Shown here: in pieces, positions 55,955-64,000 of the stretch
Layout of the letters: every line of letters starts with the position of its first letter
How positions within the stretch are numbered: position 1 is the stretch's first letter
Assembly: GCA_965248695.1 (NCBI GenBank)
Contig: CBDFKD010000002.1
Span: forward strand, 1,760,001-1,824,000
DNA: 64,000 nucleotides
Source: Acidobacteriota bacterium
Lineage (GTDB): Bacteria > Acidobacteriota > UBA890 > WLXD01
Direction of reading: 5' to 3'
Made by a program: the position numbers and the translations under genes
Notes under the pieces: generated by a model
What the model saw: the letters and a program-made list of their open reading frames with translations, nothing else
Told to the model about the DNA's origin: nothing
Database searches by the model: none

Positions 55955-57121
55955 CTACCTCGTCGGCGTCGTCGCGGTACCGGCCCGCGGCGCCAGCGCA
56001 GCAGCACGATGCGGCCGGTCAGCCGCGCGCAGTAACTCACAATAGAGTCCACGCCACAGCGTCGCGACGCGGTCCCAGCGCAGCGACTCGACCGAAGCTC
56101 GAGCCGCCGCCGCCAGCCGCCGCGCTGCGCTGGGATGGTCGGCCAGGAAACAGAGATGGTCGGCCAGAGCCTGGACATCCCCGAGCGGGGCGAGCCTGCC
56201 GCTCTCGCCGTCGCGCAGCAGCCAGGGGATTCCCCCGACATCGGTACTCACTACCGGCAAGCCCGAGGACATCGCTTCGAGGATCGATCCGGGGAAGTTG
56301 TCGAAGCGCGAGGTGTTGATCAGCATTCCGGCCCGGGCGAAGAGAGCGGGCATCTCGGCGTTGGGGATATTGCCAACGAACTCGACCTTGTCAGCAATGT
56401 CGAGCGCCGCAGCAAGCTGTTCGAGCTCCTGTCGCTCGGGGCCGTCACCGGCCAGCACCAGACGCGCGCTCGTCCGATTTGCTGCGAAAAGCGCGAAGGC
56501 CCGCAGCGTGCTGGCGGGATCGTACTTGCGGAAGAGATTGCGGCAGCTGAGCACTACCGGGACGACCACCTCGCGCTCGACGTAGTCAAAGGCATCGACG
56601 TCGAGGGGGTTCGGAATCACTCTGGTGATGTGACCACGACGGGCGAAGACTTCTTCCAGGAACCCCGAGGGCACCACCACGACGTCGGCAGCGCGCATGA
56701 CAGCATCGAATGCACGCGGGTGGCGGGTCGCGAAGGCGTCCGCGTCACCGCTGTGGTAGTGGACGATCACCGGTCGAGCGCAAATACGGGACAACCCGAC
56801 TGCGGTCAAGGTGTGCAGAAAGAACCCGAGCCCGGAGCAGGCGAAGATGTGCACCACGTCAGCACCCGGGATCTGCCGGCACCCGGCCAGGAAGTGGGCC
56901 CACTGGATCAGGCCGCGAACGTAGCGTACGCGTGCCAGCCTGCGCAGCGGCATGTTGGTGCGAACTCGGCGGACGACGACGCCTTCGGCCTCCAGTTTCT
57001 GCGCCACCAGCTCTGCCTGGACGGTCATGCTGCCAGCCGGCGGCGGAAACTCGGCAACCAGCGCCAGTCGCAACGGCGCCGCGACCGATCCTTCGTTGCC
57101 CGAGTCGTCGTTCAGGCGCAT
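55955..57121 (-). CDS. Glycosyltransferase family 4
   Basis: LAGDGPE, DNFPGSILEAMSSGLPVVSTDVGG. Confidence 0.9.
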   Translation of the reverse strand: MRLNDDSGNEGSVAAPLRLALVAEFPPPAGSMTVQAELVAQKLEAEGVVVRRVRTNMPLRRLARVRYVRGLIQWAHFLAGCRQIPGADVVHIFACSGLGFFLHTLTAVGLSRICARPVIVHYHSGDADAFATRHPRAFDAVMRAADVVVVPSGFLEEVFARRGHITRVIPNPLDVDAFDYVEREVVVPVVLSCRNLFRKYDPASTLRAFALFAANRTSARLVLAGDGPERQELEQLAAALDIADKVEFVGNIPNAEMPALFARAGMLINTSRFDNFPGSILEAMSSGLPVVSTDVGGIPWLLRDGESGRLAPLGDVQALADHLCFLADHPSAARRLAAAARASVESLRWDRVATLWRGLYCELLRAADRPHRAAALAPRAGTATTPTR

Positions 57122-57819
57122 CGCCGGTCCCCGCCGTCAGCAGTCGGCGCGTCGGCCTCCAGTGCGCTCGGCCGTTCTCGGCCGAGCAAGGGCACGAGGC
57201 AAAACCCGAGTTCGCGGATGTCGCGCACCAAACGCGGCAACGCCTCGACGGTCCAGGCGTAGTCCTCGTGCAATAGCACGATGGACCGGCTCCGCAGCGG
57301 CCCGCCGAGAACGGCGGCCACGACCTGATCCGGATCGTTCAGCCAGCTGTCGGTACTGTCTACCGTCCACAGAACGAGGCGGTGTCCTGCGCGTCGCAGC
57401 GCCACCAGCTCGCGCAGCCCGACCCCACCGTATGGCGGACGAAACAGCCGCGGAAGGGCGCTGCCGACAATCTGTTCGAGCACGTCATGACCGCGCTCGA
57501 CGTTGACCATGAACTCGTCGTGTGAGATCTCGCTCAGACGGAGATGTCGGTAGCCGTGGTTGGCCACGTCGTGACCCTGCTGGCGCGCCGCACGGATGAG
57601 CTCGGGCATCCTCTCGGCCTGGTGGCCGGTGAAGAAGAACGTGGCCAAGAGGTCGTTGCGCGCCAGGATGTCGAGGATCTGCGGGGTGTGCTCACGATGC
57701 GGCCCGTCGTCGAATGTCAGGCATACTCGGGCATCGCGGCTGGCGGGCAGGCGAGAGATGACCTGCCTTGGCAACATCGTCCGGGCGACGGCACGCCCCA
57801 GATATCCGAGCAGCCTCAC
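57112..57819 (-). CDS. NodB-type polysaccharide deacetylase
   Basis: LTFDDGP, NHGYRH, FRPPYG, DSTDSW, IVLLHE. Confidence 0.92.
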   Translation of the reverse strand: MRLLGYLGRAVARTMLPRQVISRLPASRDARVCLTFDDGPHREHTPQILDILARNDLLATFFFTGHQAERMPELIRAARQQGHDVANHGYRHLRLSEISHDEFMVNVERGHDVLEQIVGSALPRLFRPPYGGVGLRELVALRRAGHRLVLWTVDSTDSWLNDPDQVVAAVLGGPLRSRSIVLLHEDYAWTVEALPRLVRDIRELGFCLVPLLGRERPSALEADAPTADGGDRRCA

Positions 57820-59162
57820 GAGCCGCCCCTTGTTTCACTGAGGGAGGCGCTCCCAGGGTCGCCGTCAGGGGCTGACCGGGCGGATGCATGCTCGTATGCG
57901 CCAGCATCGATCCCCGCTCCGTTCGGGCGGGCCGTGCCGGTGATATCCGTCACCGGAGCGACGATGCCCTGCAGTGCCAAAACGCCGGAGTCGATCGCCG
58001 GAGACCCCGCTTTCAGTCGATAGTCGCGCCGACGAGCTCGACGGTAGACTTTCTTGTCGGTCGATTTCTTCGAAGCGCCACCGTGGCCGGCAGCCCGCCA
58101 GTTCGCCAGCGGAATCACGGTTGCCTCACCGTCGAGTGAGAACACGTTGCCGACGATGTTGTAGTTGCTGGAGAAACCGGCGTGCTCGACTGCAACGCTA
58201 CCCACGTCTGACAGGAGCACATTGTTGAAGAGCGTGTGACCGCCGTCGTCCTGAGTCAGCTTGACGGCCCAGCCACCGTTGGCCGAGAAGCTGTTGTTGA
58301 CGATCACCAGGTCGGCAGGCCCGGCGGCGGAATCGATGGCAAACGCACGCAGCCCATGACGGACGTTCCGGTAGATGACGTTGTTGCGCAACGTCGACTC
58401 GCGCACGCCGTCCATATCGAGTCCGTTCTGGCCGTTGTCGTGCAGCAGGTTGGCCTCGATGACGAGACCAGTGTGGACCCCGTCACCGCCGAAGCGCGCG
58501 TCACCGTTGAAGTGGATGCCGTTGAGGTGATTGTCGTAGCAGTCGTTGCCCCGCAACACCGTGTCGTCGGAGCCGGCGTTGGTCAGATAGATGCCGTGCG
58601 CATCGACCGAGTCGTACGCCACGTTGCCCTCGATCAGCGCGTCGCGCGCGTGCGACAGATAGATGTTCGTCTGGTCGGCTCCGTAGACGGTGTTGTTCAG
58701 AATCTCGAGCCCGCGACTGGGCTTGTTGGCCGACGAATCGTGGCTGCCGATGCCGCGCTTCATTCCTCGCGCATCGATCTCGAAGCCTTCGATGGTCACG
58801 TAGGAAGTACGCGACAGGTAGATCCCCTCGTTACTCTCCGCTTCGGTGCCGGTGATGCGCGCCCCCGGCATTCCGACGATCGTGATGCGCTTCTTGGAGG
58901 TCCCCCGCCTGGTCACCCGAAAGCCGTCGTAGTCGCCCGGGAACACCACCACCGTGCGGCCTTTCCGGGCCTTGTCAACGGCATCTTGAATGGTGGAGAA
59001 CTCCTGGGTGTCGCCGGCCACGACATCCACACACAGGGTGTCTGCCCGACCGCAATCGACGCTCGTCGCGACCAGAGCGGCCGGACGCGCGAGCGCCGCG
59101 ACCAGCACCACAGCGAGCGCCAGTCGCAGTCCGTTCCGCGGTGCGCTCGTGCACGCACTCAT
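57816..59162 (-). CDS. Secreted right-handed parallel beta-helix protein
   Basis: Signal peptide, TIQDAVD, repeated (I/L)xxN/GI coils, C-terminal SPAIDSG..DITG..DAGAYE; AGGAG RBS. Confidence 0.85.
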   Translation of the reverse strand: MSACTSAPRNGLRLALAVVLVAALARPAALVATSVDCGRADTLCVDVVAGDTQEFSTIQDAVDKARKGRTVVVFPGDYDGFRVTRRGTSKKRITIVGMPGARITGTEAESNEGIYLSRTSYVTIEGFEIDARGMKRGIGSHDSSANKPSRGLEILNNTVYGADQTNIYLSHARDALIEGNVAYDSVDAHGIYLTNAGSDDTVLRGNDCYDNHLNGIHFNGDARFGGDGVHTGLVIEANLLHDNGQNGLDMDGVRESTLRNNVIYRNVRHGLRAFAIDSAAGPADLVIVNNSFSANGGWAVKLTQDDGGHTLFNNVLLSDVGSVAVEHAGFSSNYNIVGNVFSLDGEATVIPLANWRAAGHGGASKKSTDKKVYRRARRRDYRLKAGSPAIDSGVLALQGIVAPVTDITGTARPNGAGIDAGAYEHASARSAPDGDPGSASLSETRGGS

Positions 59163-59343
59163 GGCGCATTTCTCCTTTGCCGACGGGCTGATATTGGGGT
59201 TCCCCTGCATCCAATGTACCCGCCGCGCAGGGCCCGAAAGAAGCCAAAACGGGTCCATGGGAGAATCGGGGCGGGAGCCGCGTGCCGTTCTACGGTGCGG
59301 CCAATCCGCGATGCGGCGAAACGCCCGCGAGAGCGGCGCGGGT

Positions 59344-60651
59344 TCAACCGCCGACGCTGGTCAGCGCCCCGGCGTCAGGCGCCCGGCCGGCCACACGGCG
59401 CCGGCCCGCGAGGTCGTATTGCGGAGCTCGCCGACCGTTCAGACTGTGCACCCCCAGCCCGCGCGCGGGCGAGGCGGGGCGTAGCCGGAAGTCGTCGTTC
59501 GCCGGAGCCGTGAACAGCTCGGCCGCCACCAGCCGGCGAGATCCGGTGTCGTAGCCGGCCCGCTGCCACCCTTCGAGGCCAACCGTGGTTTCCTCCCCGT
59601 CGAACGAGAATTCCGAGACCACCACGTTGGCGTTGCTGGCCAGATTCCGATGTCCGACCGCAATGCTCCCGGTGAGCGACAACAGGATGTTGTTGAACAC
59701 CGTGTGCCCGCCGTCGTCGTCAGTCAGCTTCAGCGCCCATCCACCGTTACCGACGAACGTGTTGTTGACGATCACCAGCCCGGCGGGGCCGGCATCGGCA
59801 TCGATCGCGTAGCCACGCATGGCATGCCGGCGGTTGGCGAACACGAGGTTGTTGCGCACCTCGGACTCGCGCACACCGTCCATGTTGAGTCCACTCTGAC
59901 CGTTGTGGTGCAGGATGTTGCCGTCGATCAGGAGACCTGTCTGGACACCGTCTCCACCGAACCGTCCGTCACCGTTGAAATGAATGCCGTTGAGGTGGTT
60001 GTGGTGGGCATTGTTGCCGCGTAGCACGGTGTTGTCAGAGCCAGCGTTGGTCAGATAGATGCCGTGCGCGGTACGCGACCCGCTGGTGACGTTGCCCTCG
60101 ACGATCGAGTCGGCAACATGGGACAGATATATGTTCACGTCGTCGGAGTCACTAACCACGTTGTTGCGAATCTCCAGACCACGCGTTGGCCGGTCGGCGC
60201 TCGCGTCTCGGGCCCCGATACCGAAGCCACGCGCACCCCGACGTTCGACCACAAAGCCCTCGAGGGTCACGTAGCTGGCGTTGGCCAAATAGATACTCTC
60301 CTCCAGACCCGGGGCGGCGCTCACCACGCGGGCTCCGCTGCCGGCAGCAACGATCCGTAGCTGCTGGCCAGCGTTGCCACCGCGGCTGATCCGAAAGCCG
60401 CTGTAATCGCCGTCGAAGACCAAAACGGTGTCCCCCGGACGGGCACGATCAACCGCCGACTGGATATCGTGGTACTCGACGCCGCTGCGGGTGCTGTCAA
60501 CGCACAGCACCTCCACCGGTGCACAGGCTCGCGCAGCATCGGTTTGGGGCAGACGCATCGCCCCGATCCCGGTCGAGACCATGGCGACGACCGACAGGAC
60601 CACCGACCACAGCTTCGGAGCGGTCGGGCTCGAACACCTGCTAGGAGGCAC
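59344..60651 (-). CDS. Right-handed parallel beta-helix protein (paralog of 57816..59162)
   Basis: GGAGG + GTG at 60651; DIQSAVD, HGIYLTNAGSD, NGIHFNGD shared with neighbour. Confidence 0.85.
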   Translation of the reverse strand: MPPSRCSSPTAPKLWSVVLSVVAMVSTGIGAMRLPQTDAARACAPVEVLCVDSTRSGVEYHDIQSAVDRARPGDTVLVFDGDYSGFRISRGGNAGQQLRIVAAGSGARVVSAAPGLEESIYLANASYVTLEGFVVERRGARGFGIGARDASADRPTRGLEIRNNVVSDSDDVNIYLSHVADSIVEGNVTSGSRTAHGIYLTNAGSDNTVLRGNNAHHNHLNGIHFNGDGRFGGDGVQTGLLIDGNILHHNGQSGLNMDGVRESEVRNNLVFANRRHAMRGYAIDADAGPAGLVIVNNTFVGNGGWALKLTDDDGGHTVFNNILLSLTGSIAVGHRNLASNANVVVSEFSFDGEETTVGLEGWQRAGYDTGSRRLVAAELFTAPANDDFRLRPASPARGLGVHSLNGRRAPQYDLAGRRRVAGRAPDAGALTSVGG

Positions 60652-63013
60652 GACGAGCCTCCGATAGCTGGTGCGCTTCCTGCGCCAGGCCGGCGGCGAC
60701 GAGAATCCGCTGCGCGTTGTGGTGCCAGGTATGGCGGCGGGCGAGCTGATCGTAGGCAACGCTCGCCAGGCGACGGCGTAGGAACGGCGCCGACAGCATG
60801 CGGTCCACGGTCTGGGTCAAGGCGCTCTCGTCGAGCGGATCGAAGAGCAGAACGCTGACGTCGTCCTCCAGCACGTCTTGAATCCCTGGCAGACGCGGCG
60901 CCACCACCGGGACCCGTCGAGCCATGAGCTCGAACAGAACGATCGGCGAACCGAATATGTTCGAATGCGGCAGGACGGCAACGTCGAGCAACGCCAGATG
61001 ATCGTGGACTTCAGTGCGTGGCACGGCGCCGGTCACGACCACATCGTTTTCCAGACCCAGCTCACGCGCCTTTGCCCGCAGCTGCTCGGCCATCGGTCCG
61101 TCGCCGATCAGCAACGCCGCTAACCCGGGGTAAGCCGGCCTCAGCCGATGCACCGCGTGCAACAGCATGTCGAGCCGATCCCAGTGATCGAACCAGCCGG
61201 CAAACCCGACGACGGTTCGTCCGTGCAGCCCGTACCTGGTAAGCAAGTCCGGACGGCGCGGGCTCGACTGAAGGAGCTGCGGATCAATGGCATTCGGTAC
61301 TACTCGCACTCGCGCCTTGTCCGCGCCCCGCTGTTCGATCAGACGCGCCAGGTAGGAGTTGACGGGCAGGATCGCATCGCATCGGACGAACAAAAAGCGC
61401 TCGAAGCAGCCACAGAGTCGCGGGAATACCTGCAGCCTCGCGCGTTGCTCGATTCCGTTGACCTCGTTGGCCTCGAGAACGAAGCGAATACCGCGACGCC
61501 GCGCCATCCATGCACCCGCAATCAGGTAGAAGGCGTAGCGTTCGTAGATCAGGTCGTACCGCTGCGCGCTCAGGATCTTGCGGAGACGCCACCAGGCCAC
61601 GAGGTTGTATCCGATCTCGGCCAGTTCGAAGAGCGGGGCAGGCAGGTGACGGCTGACCCATTTCCAGAGCGATCCGATTCCGCGCGTCCCTACCGAGGAT
61701 TTGTCGACCGGCGCCATCCCTTCGGTGGCGCGCGCATCGACCGCCGGGGGGCCCGCTATGGTGACGTGGTGTCCCATGGCCTCGAGTGCACGCACGATGC
61801 TGCCAATGTGCACGCTCTCGGCCCCGCGTCCCTGGGTACGGTGGTGGTAGAGGATTCGCAGTCCCGCCGCAGCCGTACGCCTGTCGGCGAACCGCCGGGA
61901 GCCATCGACCGGACCTGAATCATCGTAGATCCGGCCGTAGCACCCGACCATGGCTTCGGCGGAGAAGTGATCCCGGACTCGATCACGACCGCCGGCAACC
62001 AGCTTCGCGGCCAGCGCCGGAGACGTGGACAGTCGCTCGATGGCTGACGCCAGGCCAACCGTGTCGCCGGCTTCGAAGAGCAATGCGCTCTCGCCGTCGA
62101 CAACCGTCTCGGGAACCCCACCGACGCAGGTTGCGATCACCGGCAAGCCCGCCCGCATTGCCTCCAGCAACGCGATCGAGATTCCCTCGTAGCGGGAGCT
62201 CAGGAGGAAGACGTCGGCGTCGGCCAGCAGTTGGGCAACGTCGTTTCTGAAACCCAGAAAGCTCACCATCGACTCCAGGCGCAGCTCAGACGCCCGGCGC
62301 TCGAGGCGCTGCCGCTCGGGGCCGTCACCGACGATGACCAGTCGTGCGCCCGGGAAATCGTCACGCAGCGTCGCCAGCGCCTCCAGCATCAGCTCCTGTT
62401 GCTTGATGGCGTCGAGGCGCCCGACGGTGATGAGCCGCGGACCCGAGACGTTGGTGAACGGGGCCGCCAAGGTGGAGACACCGCGGCTGGAATCGATGCC
62501 GTTGTGAACTGTAGTAACGCGATCGGTGGGCAAGCGCATCACTTCGCGCATATCGGTCGCGATGGATTCGGATACCCCCACGAGCCGGTGGCAACGCCGC
62601 GCCGCAAGCCGCTCGAGCGACCGCCGCAGCCGAGCCTTGGCGCGCTGAACGAGCCCGCTTCCGTGTTTCAGATAGGGACCGTGAGCCGTATGAACGTGGC
62701 GCGCACCCGTCATCCAGGCGGCCAGGGCGCCCTCGAGAAACACTCCCCAGGAGTGCGTGTGGACGACCTCGAATCGGTCGCGGCGCACGAGGCGTGCCAG
62801 CTTGAACGGGACGTTCGCGTCGTTCCCCTCGCCCTTGTCGAACAGAAAGCAGTCGACGCGCGGATCGAGCTCGCCGACGAGCTCGCCGCGCCGCTTCACG
62901 CAACAAATCGCCGACCGGGAAGCGGGCGCCAGGCTGTTCGCGAGGCCCACGACTACGCGCTCGGCGCCGCCGTGCTCGAGCGTCTCCACGACCTGTAGCA
63001 CTGCCGGCTTCAT
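60641..63013 (-). CDS. Tandem two-domain GT4 glycosyltransferase
   Basis: Domain 1 GGAERV..EGISIALLEAM; domain 2 AESVHI..FGSPIVLFELMA. Confidence 0.88.
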   Translation of the reverse strand: MKPAVLQVVETLEHGGAERVVVGLANSLAPASRSAICCVKRRGELVGELDPRVDCFLFDKGEGNDANVPFKLARLVRRDRFEVVHTHSWGVFLEGALAAWMTGARHVHTAHGPYLKHGSGLVQRAKARLRRSLERLAARRCHRLVGVSESIATDMREVMRLPTDRVTTVHNGIDSSRGVSTLAAPFTNVSGPRLITVGRLDAIKQQELMLEALATLRDDFPGARLVIVGDGPERQRLERRASELRLESMVSFLGFRNDVAQLLADADVFLLSSRYEGISIALLEAMRAGLPVIATCVGGVPETVVDGESALLFEAGDTVGLASAIERLSTSPALAAKLVAGGRDRVRDHFSAEAMVGCYGRIYDDSGPVDGSRRFADRRTAAAGLRILYHHRTQGRGAESVHIGSIVRALEAMGHHVTIAGPPAVDARATEGMAPVDKSSVGTRGIGSLWKWVSRHLPAPLFELAEIGYNLVAWWRLRKILSAQRYDLIYERYAFYLIAGAWMARRRGIRFVLEANEVNGIEQRARLQVFPRLCGCFERFLFVRCDAILPVNSYLARLIEQRGADKARVRVVPNAIDPQLLQSSPRRPDLLTRYGLHGRTVVGFAGWFDHWDRLDMLLHAVHRLRPAYPGLAALLIGDGPMAEQLRAKARELGLENDVVVTGAVPRTEVHDHLALLDVAVLPHSNIFGSPIVLFELMARRVPVVAPRLPGIQDVLEDDVSVLLFDPLDESALTQTVDRMLSAPFLRRRLASVAYDQLARRHTWHHNAQRILVAAGLAQEAHQLSEARRAS

Positions 63014-63999
63014 GCCGCCTCCTTGGCGCCCAAGGGCGCTGTCGCGAGCTCACGCACCTTGGAGTACATCTCCCAGGCGGTCACATAGTGCAGCCGACAG
63101 TCCTCGACATCCCGAAACTGACTCTCGAGCTCCGTCCACAGCGTCTCGAAACCGCCGTTGAACAGCATGTGCTGGCACGTTGGCTGCGCGCCGTGCGTGT
63201 GGAGCTTGATAAAGACGTGCGACTCGGCGCCCGCCACGCTGACGCCGACATCGCCCCACAGGCGAACCCGCTCCGGCGTCGGCGGACAGTCCGGCGCCAC
63301 CTCGCCGTTCTCGATACGCGGCAGCAAACCGAACTTTCGCCGCTTCCAGTTGAGCGTCAGCGGCCCCTGAATGAGGACGATCTCGTCGGCGCGACGCCAA
63401 TCTCCGATAGCCACGTCGCGACCCTTGTCATGCGATTTGCGATGACCGGGACGCCCCTTGGCGCAATAGATCGAGTTCACTTTTCGGGTCTGTGTGGCAC
63501 TCGGTGCCGAGGGCATGGTCATGTCCACGCGGCAGCCGGTCTCAACGAGCACCGCGAGCTCGTTATCGACTCCGCACCAGCGTCCGTCGGGCCGCGAGTT
63601 GTCGAGCGCCCAGTTGCCGTGAACGAATCCGTAGACGATCTCGCCGGACACCGGGTCGCGCCGCAAAAGACCGTGGCGCTGGCTCAGAGTTTGCGTGAAC
63701 GCCAGCAGCTTGGCGCGCAGCGATGCCGGGGTGTCGTGATCGTGATGCAGATGCACCTCGACGTCACCCAGACGACGATCAGCGAAGTCCGCCAGCACGT
63801 CGAGGACCTCGCTGTCGTACTCCTCTTCTGGGTAGAAGAACGTATGCTGTGGCGACCGGCCCTCGCTGTCGTGGTGCCTGGCTGCGAGCTCCGGATATGT
63901 AGTCTGCCAGGCGTGTACTCGGTCGCGCGCTTGATCGCGCGACGCGCCCTGCCAGTAGGGCTCGTAATGGTCCGCAACGCAGACGTAGATGTCTCGCAC
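63010..63999 (-). CDS. Hypothetical His-rich protein of the EPS locus (may extend beyond the window)
   Basis: ADHYEP, HTFFYP, EVHLHH, HGNWALDNS, IKLHTHG; overlaps the downstream GT start. Confidence 0.75.
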   Translation of the reverse strand: MRDIYVCVADHYEPYWQGASRDQARDRVHAWQTTYPELAARHHDSEGRSPQHTFFYPEEEYDSEVLDVLADFADRRLGDVEVHLHHDHDTPASLRAKLLAFTQTLSQRHGLLRRDPVSGEIVYGFVHGNWALDNSRPDGRWCGVDNELAVLVETGCRVDMTMPSAPSATQTRKVNSIYCAKGRPGHRKSHDKGRDVAIGDWRRADEIVLIQGPLTLNWKRRKFGLLPRIENGEVAPDCPPTPERVRLWGDVGVSVAGAESHVFIKLHTHGAQPTCQHMLFNGGFETLWTELESQFRDVEDCRLHYVTAWEMYSKVRELATAPLGAKEAA

Positions 64000-64000
64000 T

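Noticed and set aside
54630-56241. Long alternative-frame ORFs (471 aa +, 519 aa -) and similar ones across the window
   Set aside because: They overlap well-supported genes and have shadow-ORF composition
60635-60644. CTAGCAGGTG (minus strand) at the GT4 stop, resembling the MITE end
   Set aside because: Only about 10 nt match, and it lies inside the overlapping start of the next CDS

Overview
GC-rich bacterial chromosomal window. GWxTD, acidobacterial-type VWA and CRTAC1/ASPIC-UnbV proteins, plus a stand-alone Fo gene block, suggest Acidobacteriota (inference). Gene order: mreB(partial)-mreC-mreD-mrdA-rodA; long structured leader + Rne/Rng ribonuclease; an Omp85-type barrel protein with a kinase-like N-terminal domain; selA; an 11-gene complex I operon (nuoABCD-HIJKLMN, no nuoEFG); atpZ-[two-gene insert: secreted His-motif protein + frameshifted ATP-grasp ligase]-atpI-atpB-atpE; five tandem GT4 glycosyltransferases; exbB-exbD-exbD-tonB-TPR-doxX; a VWA / transglutaminase-TPR / GWxTD / CRTAC1 envelope cluster; moaC; and an exopolysaccharide locus of PEP-CTERM/XrtA type with a sigma54 promoter. 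No rRNA, tRNA, CRISPR array or transposase was recognised. Most notable: (1) NuoL has an exact 26-residue duplication in its amphipathic helix, the hallmark of '2M' complex I, yet the operon has only one nuoM and no NADH module. (2) A CTAG-bounded MITE-like repeat family (5 copies or ends) sits on TAG stop codons and at extended -10-like boxes. (3) The kinase-like domain fused to an Omp85 barrel. (4) The ATP-grasp cassette with a G8 frameshift splitting the Fo genes. All family assignments come from motif recognition by eye, without database searches.
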